A stretch of 64,000 nucleotides of DNA from an uncultured Syntrophomonadaceae bacterium (GCA_964441025.1 CAYTXG010000010.1:3301-67300); one strand, 5' to 3'; positions 30,177-40,398 are shown, numbered from the stretch's first letter. Program-made: numbers and translations. Notes: generated by a model from the letters alone, not told the origin.

Positions 30177-30205
30177 TGAGTCAGGGGGACGGTGACTTTG
30201 ACTCA
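30177..30205. repeat. REP-like element (TGAGTCAGGGGGACGGTGACTTTGACTCA) plus an extra TTGACTCAC half-site
   Basis: Direct reading. Confidence 0.85.
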
Positions 30206-30210
30206 TTGAC

Positions 30211-31674
30211 TCACGGGGTGAGGGGCCGGCTTTTCAACAGCTCCACGTAAAAGCGCACGCCCCGTTCAACATTCTCCAGCGAGAGCCGCTCATTGGTGCC
30301 GTGCATCCGCTCCAGGTCATCCTGGGAGATGAGCATGGGGGTAAACCTGTAAATCTGATCGCAGAGCGGTTCGTAGCGGATCGCGTCAGTTCCGCCCATT
30401 ACAATGTAGGGAACCGTTACCGCCTCGGGGAAGATGGCATAGACAGCCCGTTCGATAGTCTTGAACCCGCTGCCGTCAACGGGCGAAATTTTCGAAGGCT
30501 CCGTGGTGACCATGGGCTCTATCTTGATCTTTTCGCCCACCGCTTTCCGGACATGATCCAGCAGCTCCGGCACGCTTTCACCCGGCGCGATGCGGTAGTT
30601 GATCACTGCGCTTGCTTTGCGCGGCAGCACATTGGGCTCGCTGCCTCCTTCCAGGATTGTTACCGCTGCGGTGGTGCGCAGCAGCGCGTTGCCCGCCCGT
30701 GAGGATTTGAAAATCAGCTTGAATATGGGCCCGAAGAGCCACAGATTGGCCAGTATGATCCGCAGTCCGAATGTCATTTCCGGGCCGATATAGGCCAACA
30801 TCTCTTTCAAGTAGGGGCTGATCCTTGTTGGGCGCTGCCGTTTCTCCAGCGCAACCACGGCCTGCCCGATCATCCCCGCCGCTGTATGCATGGGCGGCAT
30901 GGAGGAGTGGCCCGCCTCGCCGTCAGCGGTGATCTTGATGTCGGCATAGCCCTTCTCGGCAATGCCCACCAGGGCAATGGGGCGCTCCACGCCGGGCATG
31001 GCCCCCACGGTGACGGCGCCGCCTTCATCGAGCACATACTCAAGGGTGATGCCGCGGGACTGCAGCAGCTCCGAAATCCTGAGTGCTCCGTCCTCGCCGC
31101 GCACCTCTTCGTCGTGGCCGAAAGCCAGAAAGAAATCGCGGGCCGGGGTGAATCCTTTCTCCAGAAGATGCTCCACCGCCTCCAGGATCAGGATGACCTG
31201 GTTTTTGATATCCATCGTCCCCCGGCCCCAGACAAAGCCTTCGGCGACAGCGCCGCTGAAGGGCGGGTGGCTCCAGTCCTGCTCCGTGCCCTTTTCCACG
31301 GGGACCACATCAATATGGGCCATGAGAAGCACAGGTTTCAGCCCTTCCTCGCTTCCTTTCCAGCGGTAGAGCAGGCTGTACTCATTGACGATTTCCCGCT
31401 CCAGGGCGGCATGGGCGGCGGGAAAGGCCTGCTCCAGGTATTTGATGAACTGCTCAAAAGGCGCCCGCTCCGCTTTTTTCGGGTCGGAAGCGGTAATGGT
31501 TGGGATCCGGACCGCCCCGGAGAGGCGCTCCGCAGCGCGGTCCACATCGATCTCGATGCCCTTTTCCCGCTCCGCCGCATAACGCCGGGAACGGAAAGCA
31601 ACAGCTCGCGTCAGGATCACGGCAGCCAGGATCAGGACCGCTGCCGGCAGCGCATAGTAAAGAAAATCAGGCAT
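30211..31674 (-). CDS. M20 family metallopeptidase with N-terminal membrane anchor
   Basis: M20 metal-binding regions (MAHIDVVP, GHDEE, HSSMP). The start is moved to ATG 31674, preceded by GGAGGTG. Confidence 0.8.
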   Translation of the reverse strand: MPDFLYYALPAAVLILAAVILTRAVAFRSRRYAAEREKGIEIDVDRAAERLSGAVRIPTITASDPKKAERAPFEQFIKYLEQAFPAAHAALEREIVNEYSLLYRWKGSEEGLKPVLLMAHIDVVPVEKGTEQDWSHPPFSGAVAEGFVWGRGTMDIKNQVILILEAVEHLLEKGFTPARDFFLAFGHDEEVRGEDGALRISELLQSRGITLEYVLDEGGAVTVGAMPGVERPIALVGIAEKGYADIKITADGEAGHSSMPPMHTAAGMIGQAVVALEKRQRPTRISPYLKEMLAYIGPEMTFGLRIILANLWLFGPIFKLIFKSSRAGNALLRTTAAVTILEGGSEPNVLPRKASAVINYRIAPGESVPELLDHVRKAVGEKIKIEPMVTTEPSKISPVDGSGFKTIERAVYAIFPEAVTVPYIVMGGTDAIRYEPLCDQIYRFTPMLISQDDLERMHGTNERLSLENVERGVRFYVELLKSRPLTP

Positions 31675-32009
31675 GTTCCACCTCCGTTGAAATATTTGCA
31701 ACACATCTCTTCACATTATACCTTAAACAGTTGCCCGGCGATGCCGGTAATTGTTAAAATTGCCTGAAATAGCCTTTGCATTTTGGAAGACCCTGTGTTA
31801 TCATGCATGTAATTTGAAGAAGGGAACTGCAGCATGTTACATATGAGCTTTGCAGCCGCCTATTTTTATTTTAGCTTTACCTATTTTTATGGTAAAGCCA
31901 ATAGCGGTTTGGCTGGCAGCTCATGAGAACCCGGTAACGTCCCTGATAAAACCATGAAGCCCTCAGCCGAACCGGCCGGGGGCTTCTCCATTTCTGGAGG
32001 TAAATGACA

Positions 32010-33023
32010 ATGATCGTGATTCTAAAAGCAAATCCCAATGAGAGTCAGCTGGAAAACCTCATCGCCTGGCTCAAGGAAAAAAACATTCAGGTGCATACCT
32101 CGATCGGCGAATCCCACATGATCCTGGGACTTGTCGGCGACACCTCCCATCTCGACATAGACCTCATCGAGGCGCTGGACATAGTCGAAGATGTGAAGCG
32201 CGTTCAGGAGCCCTACAAAAACGCCAACAGGAAATTTCACCCCGAAGCCACCGTGATCAGGGTGGGCGATATAGAGGTGGGAGGGGGCACGCTCACGATC
32301 ATGGCCGGCCCCTGCTCCGTGGAAAGCGAGGAGCAGATCATCACCGTGGCCAGGGCGGTCAAGGCCGCCGGCGCCACGATGCTGCGCGGCGGCGCCTTCA
32401 AGCCCAGGACATCCCCCTACTCTTTCCAGGGGCTCGGCTCCCTGGGCATCGAATTCTTGATCGAGGCAAAGCGGGAAACAGGCCTGCCCGTTGTCACGGA
32501 GATCATGGATGCCTCGCAGCTTGACTTCTTCGACGAAGTGGATATCATCCAGGTGGGCGCGCGGAATATGCAGAACTTCAACCTGCTCAAGGTGCTGGGC
32601 AGCCAGGAGAAGCCTGTCATGATCAAGAGGGGCATGTCCTGCACCTATGAAGAGCTGCTCATGAGCGCTGAATATGTGATGAGCCAGGGCAATGAAAATG
32701 TGATCCTCTGCGAGCGCGGCATCCGCACCTTTGAAACATACACCCGCAACACACTCGATATTGCGGCCATTCCGGTGCTGCGGCGCCTGACCCATCTTCC
32801 GGTAATTGTCGATCCCAGCCACGCCACCGGCAAAGCCTTTCTCATCCCGCCCCTGGCTGCCGCCGCCGTGGCCGGCGGTGCCGACGGGCTCCTCATCGAG
32901 GTGCACAACGCCCCGGAGCAGGCGCTCTGCGACGGCCCCCAATCCCTCAGGCCCGGGGATTTCGCCCAGCTGGCCGGCAAGCTGGCGGGGCTGCATGAGT
33001 TTATGAACGGCGGTGTCAGGTGA
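32010..33023 (+). CDS. aroF: 3-deoxy-7-phosphoheptulonate (DAHP) synthase, type I-beta, with N-terminal regulatory (ferredoxin-like) domain
   Basis: Catalytic-core motifs (IMAGPCSVES, RGGAFKPRTSPYSFQGLG). GGAGG lies 9 nt upstream of ATG 32010. Confidence 0.85.
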   Translation: MIVILKANPNESQLENLIAWLKEKNIQVHTSIGESHMILGLVGDTSHLDIDLIEALDIVEDVKRVQEPYKNANRKFHPEATVIRVGDIEVGGGTLTIMAGPCSVESEEQIITVARAVKAAGATMLRGGAFKPRTSPYSFQGLGSLGIEFLIEAKRETGLPVVTEIMDASQLDFFDEVDIIQVGARNMQNFNLLKVLGSQEKPVMIKRGMSCTYEELLMSAEYVMSQGNENVILCERGIRTFETYTRNTLDIAAIPVLRRLTHLPVIVDPSHATGKAFLIPPLAAAAVAGGADGLLIEVHNAPEQALCDGPQSLRPGDFAQLAGKLAGLHEFMNGGVR

Positions 33024-33025
33024 AA

Positions 33026-33862
33026 ATGAATATAGGCGTTGTGGGGCTGGGGCTCATCGGCGGATCCATGGCTAAAAGCATAAAATCGCGCACCCCGCAC
33101 ACTCTTTGGGGCAGCGATATCAACGGCGAAACGGAGACTGTGGCCCGCCTCTGCGGCGCCATTGACGGGCCCCTTGCAGACGACCGCATTGCACAGTGCG
33201 ATCTTATCTTTACCGCTATCCTGCCCGGGGCCACCATTGAATGGGTGCGCGAAAAGGGGCGCCGTATTTCCTGGAAAACTGTCCTTGTAGACCTCTGCGG
33301 CATCAAGCGCGTCGTCAGCGCCGAACTGGCGGCGACCGCCGCCAGCCATGGATTTACCTATATCGGGGGTCACCCCATGGCCGGCAAGGAGCAGTGGGGT
33401 TTTGCCCATTCCTCGGGGGACCTCTTTGACGGCGCTTCCATGATCCTGACGCCCGGCGGGGATGTGGAGCCGGCGCTTATGGAAAAGCTTGAACAGCTCT
33501 TCACGGATATCGGTTTTGCCGGCCTGACCGTGACCACGCCGGAGGAGCACGATCGGGTCATCGCCTACACCTCGCAGCTGGCCCATATCACCTCCAGCGC
33601 CTACGTGAAATCACCGCAGGCGCTGCGCCGCCGCGGCCTCTCCGCCGGCAGCTTTCGCGACCTGACCCGGGTGGCCCGGCTGGATCCGGAGATGTGGACA
33701 GAGCTGATGATGGGCAATGCCGATTATCTCGCTGAGCAGCTGGAGCTGCTCATCACCAACCTGGGCAAGTACCTTGTCGCGCTGCGCCGGGGAGATTCAG
33801 AAGAGCTGCGCCTGCTTCTGCAGGAGGGCTGCGAGAAAAAAGCCGCCGCGGGCGGCAGCTGA
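33026..33862 (+). CDS. tyrA: Prephenate dehydrogenase
   Basis: NAD-binding motif MNIGVVGLGLIGGS. GTG 33020 is an alternative start. Confidence 0.8.
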   Translation: MNIGVVGLGLIGGSMAKSIKSRTPHTLWGSDINGETETVARLCGAIDGPLADDRIAQCDLIFTAILPGATIEWVREKGRRISWKTVLVDLCGIKRVVSAELAATAASHGFTYIGGHPMAGKEQWGFAHSSGDLFDGASMILTPGGDVEPALMEKLEQLFTDIGFAGLTVTTPEEHDRVIAYTSQLAHITSSAYVKSPQALRRRGLSAGSFRDLTRVARLDPEMWTELMMGNADYLAEQLELLITNLGKYLVALRRGDSEELRLLLQEGCEKKAAAGGS

Positions 33863-33916
33863 CCAAACCAGCCACAGGGACGGGGGCTTTGGCTGGTCAA
33901 AGGAGTTTCCATAACC

Positions 33917-34990
33917 GTGAAAAATGATTGGGATAGAATACATGTCAGCGCCGGCGGGGGGTACGATGTCATTGTTGGCGCCGGGCTGCTGGAAAACTGC
34001 GGCGATATCGCCGCAGCCGCTGTGGAGCCCTGCCGCATCGCCGTGATCACCGACAGTGTGGTGGAGGGGCTTTATCTGGAGAATGCGGCCAAAAGTTTCT
34101 CCGGCGCCGGTTTCCAGGTGAGTTCTTTCTCCTTCCCCGCCGGGGAGAGCTCGAAGAATATGGGCACCCTTTCCCGCATTCTCGAATTTCTGGCCGGGGA
34201 GAGATTTACCCGCACCGACTGCCTGGCGGCCCTGGGCGGGGGGGTGGCCGGCGATATCGCCGGCTTTGCCGCCGGATGCTATCTGCGCGGGATCCGCTAT
34301 CTTCAGCTTCCGACAACGCTGCTGGCGGCGGTGGACTCCTCGGTGGGCGGCAAGACGGCGGTCAACCTGGAGGCGGGTAAGAACCTGGCCGGCCTCTTTG
34401 TGCAGCCCCGGGCGGTGATCTGCGACACCGGCTGCCTGGCTTCGCTGCCGCCCCATGTACTGGCGGACGGTGCAGCCGAAGCGATCAAGACGGGCATTCT
34501 GTCGGGAGAGGAGCTTTTCTCGATTTTTGAATCGGGCGGCATCAAAGAGAGGCTATCCGAAATCATTGCCCGCTGCGTGGCTTACAAGGGCCGTGTCGTC
34601 GAAGCCGATGAATTCGAGTCTGGCGCGCGCCGCATTTTGAACCTGGGCCACACCGTGGGCCATGCCATTGAGAAGTGCAGCGGCTATGCAATAGCCCACG
34701 GCCGCGCCGTGGCGGCAGGCACGGCCATCATTGCCCGCGCCTCTGCAAAACTCGGCCGCTGCAGCGAGGCGACGGCCGCCCGCATCGAGAGGGCGCTGCT
34801 GAAAAATGATCTTCCGGTAAGCACATCATTTTCCGCCGCGGGGCTTGCGGAGGCTGCGCTGGGCGACAAGAAACGCTCCGGCGGCGAGATCACGCTGGTG
34901 CTGCCCGGTGAGATCGGGGCCTGCTTTCTCTGGAGAATACCTGTGGCCGGACTCCGGGAGGTCATCAGCGCGGGACTGGAGGCAAGCTGA
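33917..34990 (+). CDS. aroB: 3-dehydroquinate synthase
   Basis: Motif GGGVAGDIAGFAAGCYLRGIRYLQLPTTLLAAVDSSVGGKTAVN. GTG start. Confidence 0.85.
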   Translation: MKNDWDRIHVSAGGGYDVIVGAGLLENCGDIAAAAVEPCRIAVITDSVVEGLYLENAAKSFSGAGFQVSSFSFPAGESSKNMGTLSRILEFLAGERFTRTDCLAALGGGVAGDIAGFAAGCYLRGIRYLQLPTTLLAAVDSSVGGKTAVNLEAGKNLAGLFVQPRAVICDTGCLASLPPHVLADGAAEAIKTGILSGEELFSIFESGGIKERLSEIIARCVAYKGRVVEADEFESGARRILNLGHTVGHAIEKCSGYAIAHGRAVAAGTAIIARASAKLGRCSEATAARIERALLKNDLPVSTSFSAAGLAEAALGDKKRSGGEITLVLPGEIGACFLWRIPVAGLREVISAGLEAS

Positions 34991-36246
34991 TGGATCTGCG
35001 CATATATCCCCGCCCCCTTCAGGGCACGGTGCAGGCCGTCTCATCAAAATCGGATGCACACAGGCTGCTCATCCTGGCCGCCCTGGCCGGCGGGGAGCCC
35101 ACGGAGATCGAGCTGCCGCAGATCTCCGGCGATATCGAGTGCACCCTGGCCTGCCTGCAGGCCCTCGGCGCAGTGATCGAGCGGAGCGGCGGCAGAATTG
35201 CCGTTACGCCTCCCTACAGGTACAACCCCGCTCCCGCACTTTACTGTGGGGAGAGCGGTTCCACGCTGCGTTTTCTCCTGCCGGTGGCGGCGGCGTTCTG
35301 CGGCGGCGGGAGCTTCAGCGGCGGCGGGAGACTGCCTGAGAGGCCGCTGGGCGAGCTGGTGCAGGCCATGAAAAAGCGCGGCGTTGCATTCTCACAGGAT
35401 CGGCTGCCCTTTACTATCTCCGGGAAGCTGCCGGCGGGGGAGTACGTTCTGCCCGGCAATGTGAGCTCGCAATATATCACCGGGCTCCTGCTGGCGCTGC
35501 CCGCGCTGTCCGGAGACAGCTTCATCCGCCTCACCGGCAGGCTGGAATCGTCGGCCTATGTGCAGATGACGCTGGCGGCGCTCCGCCGTTTCGGCATCAA
35601 TGTAGATCGCCTGGAGGGCGGCTTTGCCGTAAAGGGAGGGCAGGAATATATCTCCCCGGGAAGAGTGCGGGTGGAGGGCGACTGGTCAAACGCCGCCTTC
35701 TTCCTTGCCGCCGGCGCCCTGGGCGGCCCGGTGACCGTTGCCGGGCTGGACGGGGGCTCGCTGCAGGGCGACAGGGACATAGTCGGGCTCCTGAACCGCT
35801 TCGGCGCCCGCACAACCCAATCCGGCGCCGGTTTCACCGTGAACGGCGGCGGGCTCCGCGGATGCGGTATAGATGTAAGCGAGGTGCCCGATCTGCTGCC
35901 CGTGCTGGCGGCGGTAGCTGCCTGTGCCGGAGGGGAAACAGAGTTTACGGGATGCGCGCGCCTGCGCTTCAAGGAGAGCGATCGCATCCGCTCCACGGCG
36001 GCAATGGTCGGCTCCCTGGGGGGCAGTGTTGTGGAATCGCCCGGGGGGCTGCTCATCCGGGGCTGCGAGCCGGCCGGCGGCGTGGTGGACAGCTTCGGCG
36101 ATCACCGCATCGCCATGGCCGCTGCCGTGGCGGCGCTCCGCTGCACCGGCCCTGTGACCATACTTGGCGCCGGAGCTGTGGAGAAATCCTATCCCCTTTT
36201 CTTTAGCCACTACCGCGATCTGGGAGGTGTAGCGGATGTCATCTGA
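34990..36246 (+). CDS. aroA: 3-phosphoshikimate 1-carboxyvinyltransferase (EPSP synthase)
   Basis: 418-aa EPSP synthase fold. The start overlaps the aroB stop (TGATG). Confidence 0.85.
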   Translation: MDLRIYPRPLQGTVQAVSSKSDAHRLLILAALAGGEPTEIELPQISGDIECTLACLQALGAVIERSGGRIAVTPPYRYNPAPALYCGESGSTLRFLLPVAAAFCGGGSFSGGGRLPERPLGELVQAMKKRGVAFSQDRLPFTISGKLPAGEYVLPGNVSSQYITGLLLALPALSGDSFIRLTGRLESSAYVQMTLAALRRFGINVDRLEGGFAVKGGQEYISPGRVRVEGDWSNAAFFLAAGALGGPVTVAGLDGGSLQGDRDIVGLLNRFGARTTQSGAGFTVNGGGLRGCGIDVSEVPDLLPVLAAVAACAGGETEFTGCARLRFKESDRIRSTAAMVGSLGGSVVESPGGLLIRGCEPAGGVVDSFGDHRIAMAAAVAALRCTGPVTILGAGAVEKSYPLFFSHYRDLGGVADVI

Positions 36247-37324
36247 GTTTGGAAATCTTCTGCGGATATCGCTTTTCGGTGAGTCCCACGGCCGGGCTGT
36301 GGGGGTGCTTGTCGACGGCTTCCCCGCCGGAGAGGAGATCGACATGGAGGAGCTGCAGTGCTTCATGGAGCGGCGCCGGCCCGGCAGGGACAGCCTTTCC
36401 ACCGCTCGCAGGGAGGCGGACAAACCGGTTTTCCTCTCGGGAATAACGGGCGGCAGGACCAACGGCAGCCCCCTTTGCGCCGTCATCGAGAACAGCGATG
36501 CAAAGTCCTCCGACTACACGGAACTGGCCGATAAACCCCGGCCCGGGCATGCCGATTACACCGCCCATGTAAAATGGAAAGGCGCCGCCGATCTGCGCGG
36601 CGGCGGCCATCTCTCGGGGCGGCTGACGGCGCCCCTCTGCACAGCGGGGGGGATTGCGAGGCAGATCCTGGCCCGGCGGGGGATCTACACCGGAGCCCAC
36701 CTCGCCGCTGTCGCCGGCATCAGCGACGAGTCGCTCCCCCTGGTCCCGGGGAAGGAGCTTTTCGCAGAGCTCGCCGCAAAGCCCTTTCCCGTCATCGACG
36801 AAGGCAAGGGGCTGGAGATGCAGGCGCTCATCAAGGCGGCGGCGGCCGCGGGAGATTCTGTGGGAGGCGTTGTGGAATGCGCCGCTGCCGGCCTTCCCGC
36901 CGGCCTGGGCTCGCCGCACTTCGGCGGTGTGGAGAACCGCCTGGCTGCGGCTCTCTTCGGCATACCGGGGGTGAAGGGGATTGAATTCGGCGCCGGATTT
37001 GCAAGCGCCGCCCTGAGCGGCTCGCAGAACAATGACCTTTTCTATATTGATGAAGAGGGCGCCGTCAGGACAAGGAGCAACAACTGCGGCGGTATCCTGG
37101 GCGGGATCACCAACGGGATGCCCCTTCTCTTCCGGGCGGCCTTCAAGCCCACTCCTTCCATCGCTCTACCCCAGCAGACGGTGAGCCTGTCCCGGCGCGA
37201 GCCGGCGGTGATCACCGTAACGGGACGCCACGATCCCTGCATTGCGCACCGGGCGGTGCCGGTGGTGGAGGCCGTTGCCGCGGCGGTCCTCCTGGACATG
37301 CTCCTTGAGTCACGGGGACGGTGA
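36236..37324 (+). CDS. aroC: Chorismate synthase
   Basis: N-terminus LRISLFGESHG. The C-terminal LESRGR-stop is encoded by a REP. Confidence 0.9.
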   Translation: MSSEFGNLLRISLFGESHGRAVGVLVDGFPAGEEIDMEELQCFMERRRPGRDSLSTARREADKPVFLSGITGGRTNGSPLCAVIENSDAKSSDYTELADKPRPGHADYTAHVKWKGAADLRGGGHLSGRLTAPLCTAGGIARQILARRGIYTGAHLAAVAGISDESLPLVPGKELFAELAAKPFPVIDEGKGLEMQALIKAAAAAGDSVGGVVECAAAGLPAGLGSPHFGGVENRLAAALFGIPGVKGIEFGAGFASAALSGSQNNDLFYIDEEGAVRTRSNNCGGILGGITNGMPLLFRAAFKPTPSIALPQQTVSLSRREPAVITVTGRHDPCIAHRAVPVVEAVAAAVLLDMLLESRGR

Positions 37325-37334
37325 CTTTGACTCA
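37306..37334. repeat. REP-like element (TGAGTCACGGGGACGGTGACTTTGACTCA)
   Basis: Direct reading; provides the aroC stop codon. Confidence 0.9.
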
Positions 37335-37438
37335 TCCGCCCCGCCGAAATTGGGGGGGGGTGACAGGTTAACAGGACTCCTGCGGCGAGGCTGTCGCCGC
37401 GGCTGTACTTCTGGATATGATACTGGAGGGAAAAATCA

Positions 37439-38575
37439 ATGGAATTGGATGAGATGCGAACAAGAATTGACACCGTGGATGAGAAGATGCTGGGGCTGTT
37501 CCTGGAGCGAATGGAGCTTGCAGAGGAAATTGCATCCTACAAAAGAAAAAAAGAGCTGCCTATCCTGAACCGGGAGCGCGAGCGGGAGATACTGGCCCGG
37601 ATGACGGCTAAGTCGGGCCCGATGGAGAAATATGCTTATCACTTTTTTGAAACGCTGATGGGGCTTTCCCGGGCCCGCCAGATCGAGCTCGGCTCGGCGG
37701 CGTCGAATATCCGGGCCCGGATCGAGGCGGCTCTTGCAGGCGCCGGGGAGCTATTTCCGCAGACGGGGACCGTGGCCTGCCAGGGTGTTGAAGGGTCGAA
37801 TTCGCAGGCCGCCTGCGACCGCCTGCTGCCGCGGGGGCAGATTGTATACCTGAAGACCGTGGAAGCGGTATTTGATGCTGTGGAATCGGGGCTATGCAGG
37901 TTCGGGGTTCTCCCCATCGAGAACAGCACCTACGGCTCTGTTCGCGCCAATTACGACCTGCTGCAGAGAAAGCGCTGCTCCATCGTCCGCAGCGCCCGCC
38001 TCTATATCCGCCATGAACTACTGGCGAAACCGGGCACAAGTCTGGACCGGATTACCGAGATCTACTCCCATGAACAGGCTCTGGGCCAGTGCAGCCGCTA
38101 CCTGGGTTCCCTTTCGGGCGTGAAGATCATCCCCTGCGCCAATACAGCCATGGCGGCGAAGATGGTGGCTGAAACAGACAGGCCCGGCGCGGCGGCCATA
38201 TCCTCCCATTCCTGTGCCGCTCTGTACGGCCTTGAGGTGGCGGCTGCGGATATCCAGGACAGCGACAACAACTATACCCGTTTCATCTGCATTGCCCGGG
38301 AACCGGCCATCCATGCCGGCGCCAACAAGATCAGCCTGATCGTGGCCTGCGACAACAAGCCCGGGGCGCTCTACGAAATCCTCTCAAAATTTTCCGCCCT
38401 GCGCCTCAACATGAGCAAGCTGGAAAGTTGCCCCGTTACAGGGAGAAATTTTGAATTTATCTTCTTTATTGAGCTTGACGCCTCCGTCAAGGAACCGGGC
38501 GTTCTGCCCATGCTGGAGGATCTTGAGCGGAGTTACGAGAACTTTATCTTCCTGGGAAACTATGCAGAGGTGTGA
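37439..38575 (+). CDS. pheA: Bifunctional chorismate mutase / prephenate dehydratase (with C-terminal ACT domain)
   Basis: An N-terminal chorismate-mutase helix (MELDEMRTRIDTVDEKMLGLFLERMELAEEIASYK) is followed by the prephenate dehydratase and ACT domains. Confidence 0.85.
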   Translation: MELDEMRTRIDTVDEKMLGLFLERMELAEEIASYKRKKELPILNREREREILARMTAKSGPMEKYAYHFFETLMGLSRARQIELGSAASNIRARIEAALAGAGELFPQTGTVACQGVEGSNSQAACDRLLPRGQIVYLKTVEAVFDAVESGLCRFGVLPIENSTYGSVRANYDLLQRKRCSIVRSARLYIRHELLAKPGTSLDRITEIYSHEQALGQCSRYLGSLSGVKIIPCANTAMAAKMVAETDRPGAAAISSHSCAALYGLEVAAADIQDSDNNYTRFICIAREPAIHAGANKISLIVACDNKPGALYEILSKFSALRLNMSKLESCPVTGRNFEFIFFIELDASVKEPGVLPMLEDLERSYENFIFLGNYAEV

Positions 38576-38576
38576 T

Positions 38577-39821
38577 ATGGGCGGGAGAATTTACGGCCTC
38601 ATCGGCCGCACACTCAAACACAGCTATTCCGTGCCCATCCACAGGGAACTGGGCAACAGCGCCTACCGCCTCATCGAGCTTGAGCCGGAAGAGCTGGCCG
38701 CCTTCCTGGGGCGGGATGATCTGGGCGGGGTGAACGTGACTATCCCCTACAAGCGCGCAGTGGTCAGGCTCTGCAGCGTTCTCTCGGCGGAGGCGCAGGA
38801 AACAGGGAGCGTGAATACCATCGTGTGCAGGTCCAGGGGCGGCCTGGCGGGCTACAATACCGATGTCTGCGGCCTGGAATACATGGCCCGGCGGGTCGGG
38901 ATATCCTTCGGCGGCAAAAAAGTAGTCGTCTTCGGCAGCGGCGGCGCCTCGCTGGCGGCTCAGTATGCCGCCCGCAGGGGCGGCGCAGAAGAGGTGGTGG
39001 TGATATCGCGCTCCGGCAGTGAAAACTACGGCAACCTTCCCCGCCATTACGATGCCGGGGTGCTGATCAATGCCACCCCTGTGGGGATGTACCCTGATAC
39101 AGGCGCCGCCGCAGTGGATCTGACGCCTTTCAGAGAGTGCAGCGGCCTGCTGGAGCTGATCTACAATCCCCGCCGCACGGCTCTGCTCATGCAGGCCGGG
39201 CTGCTGGGCATTCCCCGCAGCGACGGGCTGCCCATGCTTGTAGCCCAGGCCGGTACCGCAGCGGAGCTTTTTTTCGGGAAAGCCGCTGAGGGTCCGGAAC
39301 TGGAGCGCATTATCGGCAAGCTGCGCCGCGAAATGACCAACATCGTTCTCATCGGCATGCCCGGCTGCGGCAAGAACACCGTGGGCCTGGCCCTGGCAGA
39401 GCTGACGGGGCGGGAGATCGTCGATTTGGATGCTGAAATAGTCAAAGAAGCCGGTTGCTCCATCCCCGAAATATTTGCCGCCTCGGGTGAGGCGGGATTC
39501 CGCCGCCTGGAGCGCGAAGCGGCGGCGGAGGCGGGGAGGGAAAGCGGCAAGATCATCATCACCGGCGGCGGGGTGGTTACGGATGAGCGGAATTATCCCT
39601 CGCTTCATCAAAACGGGCGGATCTATCATCTTCTGCGCGATGCGGCCCTGCTCCCCCGAGAGGGGCGTCCTCTTTCCGCGAAAACCGATCTGGAAGCCAT
39701 GCAGAGAGAGCGGTTACCGCTGTACGAGCGTTTTCGCGACGCCGCCGTGGAGAACAGCGGCACACCCGAAGAGGCCGCCGCCGCAATCTGGAGGGATTTC
39801 AATGCACATTCTGGTGATTAA
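38577..39821 (+). CDS. Shikimate dehydrogenase fused to shikimate kinase (bifunctional AroE-AroK)
   Basis: N-terminal AroE region (MGGRIYGLIGRTLKHSYSVPIH) and C-terminal kinase with Walker A LIGMPGCGKNTVG. ATG 38577 immediately follows the pheA stop. Confidence 0.8.
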   Translation: MGGRIYGLIGRTLKHSYSVPIHRELGNSAYRLIELEPEELAAFLGRDDLGGVNVTIPYKRAVVRLCSVLSAEAQETGSVNTIVCRSRGGLAGYNTDVCGLEYMARRVGISFGGKKVVVFGSGGASLAAQYAARRGGAEEVVVISRSGSENYGNLPRHYDAGVLINATPVGMYPDTGAAAVDLTPFRECSGLLELIYNPRRTALLMQAGLLGIPRSDGLPMLVAQAGTAAELFFGKAAEGPELERIIGKLRREMTNIVLIGMPGCGKNTVGLALAELTGREIVDLDAEIVKEAGCSIPEIFAASGEAGFRRLEREAAAEAGRESGKIIITGGGVVTDERNYPSLHQNGRIYHLLRDAALLPREGRPLSAKTDLEAMQRERLPLYERFRDAAVENSGTPEEAAAAIWRDFNAHSGD

Positions 39822-40233
39822 CGGGCCCAACCTGAACCTGCTCGGCATCCGCGAGCGGGAGCTGTACGGGCGGACCACTTATGCCGACCTTGTGGCCCTG
39901 ATCAAAGCGGAGGCCAAGAAACTGGGCCTGAAGACAGAGTTTATCCAATCCAACCATGAAGGCGAACTGGTGGAGGCTGTCCAGGGCGCCTACAGAAAAT
40001 TTGACGGCATCATCATCAACCCCGGCGCCTACACGCACACCAGTATCGCCCTTCTCGACGCCCTTAAGGCCGTGGGAGTGCCTGCAGTGGAGGTTCATAT
40101 CACTGACCCCGACAGCCGCGAAGAGTTCCGCCGCATCTCCTACATCCGCGCCGCCTGCATCGGCACCATCAAGGGCCGCGGCCTGCAGGGCTACCTCGAT
40201 GCCCTCCACCTCCTTGAGTCAAGGGGACGGTGA
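39802..40233 (+). CDS. aroQ: 3-dehydroquinate dehydratase, type II
   Basis: N-terminus MHILVINGPNLNLLGIRE. The C-terminal LESRGR-stop comes from a REP. Confidence 0.9.
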   Translation: MHILVINGPNLNLLGIRERELYGRTTYADLVALIKAEAKKLGLKTEFIQSNHEGELVEAVQGAYRKFDGIIINPGAYTHTSIALLDALKAVGVPAVEVHITDPDSREEFRRISYIRAACIGTIKGRGLQGYLDALHLLESRGR

Positions 40234-40243
40234 CTTTGACTCA
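40215..40243. repeat. REP-like element (consensus)
   Basis: Direct reading; provides the aroQ stop and a likely operon-end hairpin. Confidence 0.9.
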
Positions 40244-40398
40244 CTTCAGCTCAACCCGTTACCGGGCACCACAGCCAACCAGCTTCATCTCTGCCGCTTT
40301 TGGTGGAGGGCGGCGACTCAGACGGGCCGCTTTGAGATTATTTTCGGGTGCTGTCAGATAATCGGTTTAAGTGCGTCTTATGGGCAGGAGGTAAAAAT

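Noticed and set aside
31705-32009. T-box riboswitch in the aro operon leader
   Set aside because: The conserved T-box sequence (AGGGTGGNACCGCG) is not present. Only a generic hairpin and operator-like palindrome were reported.
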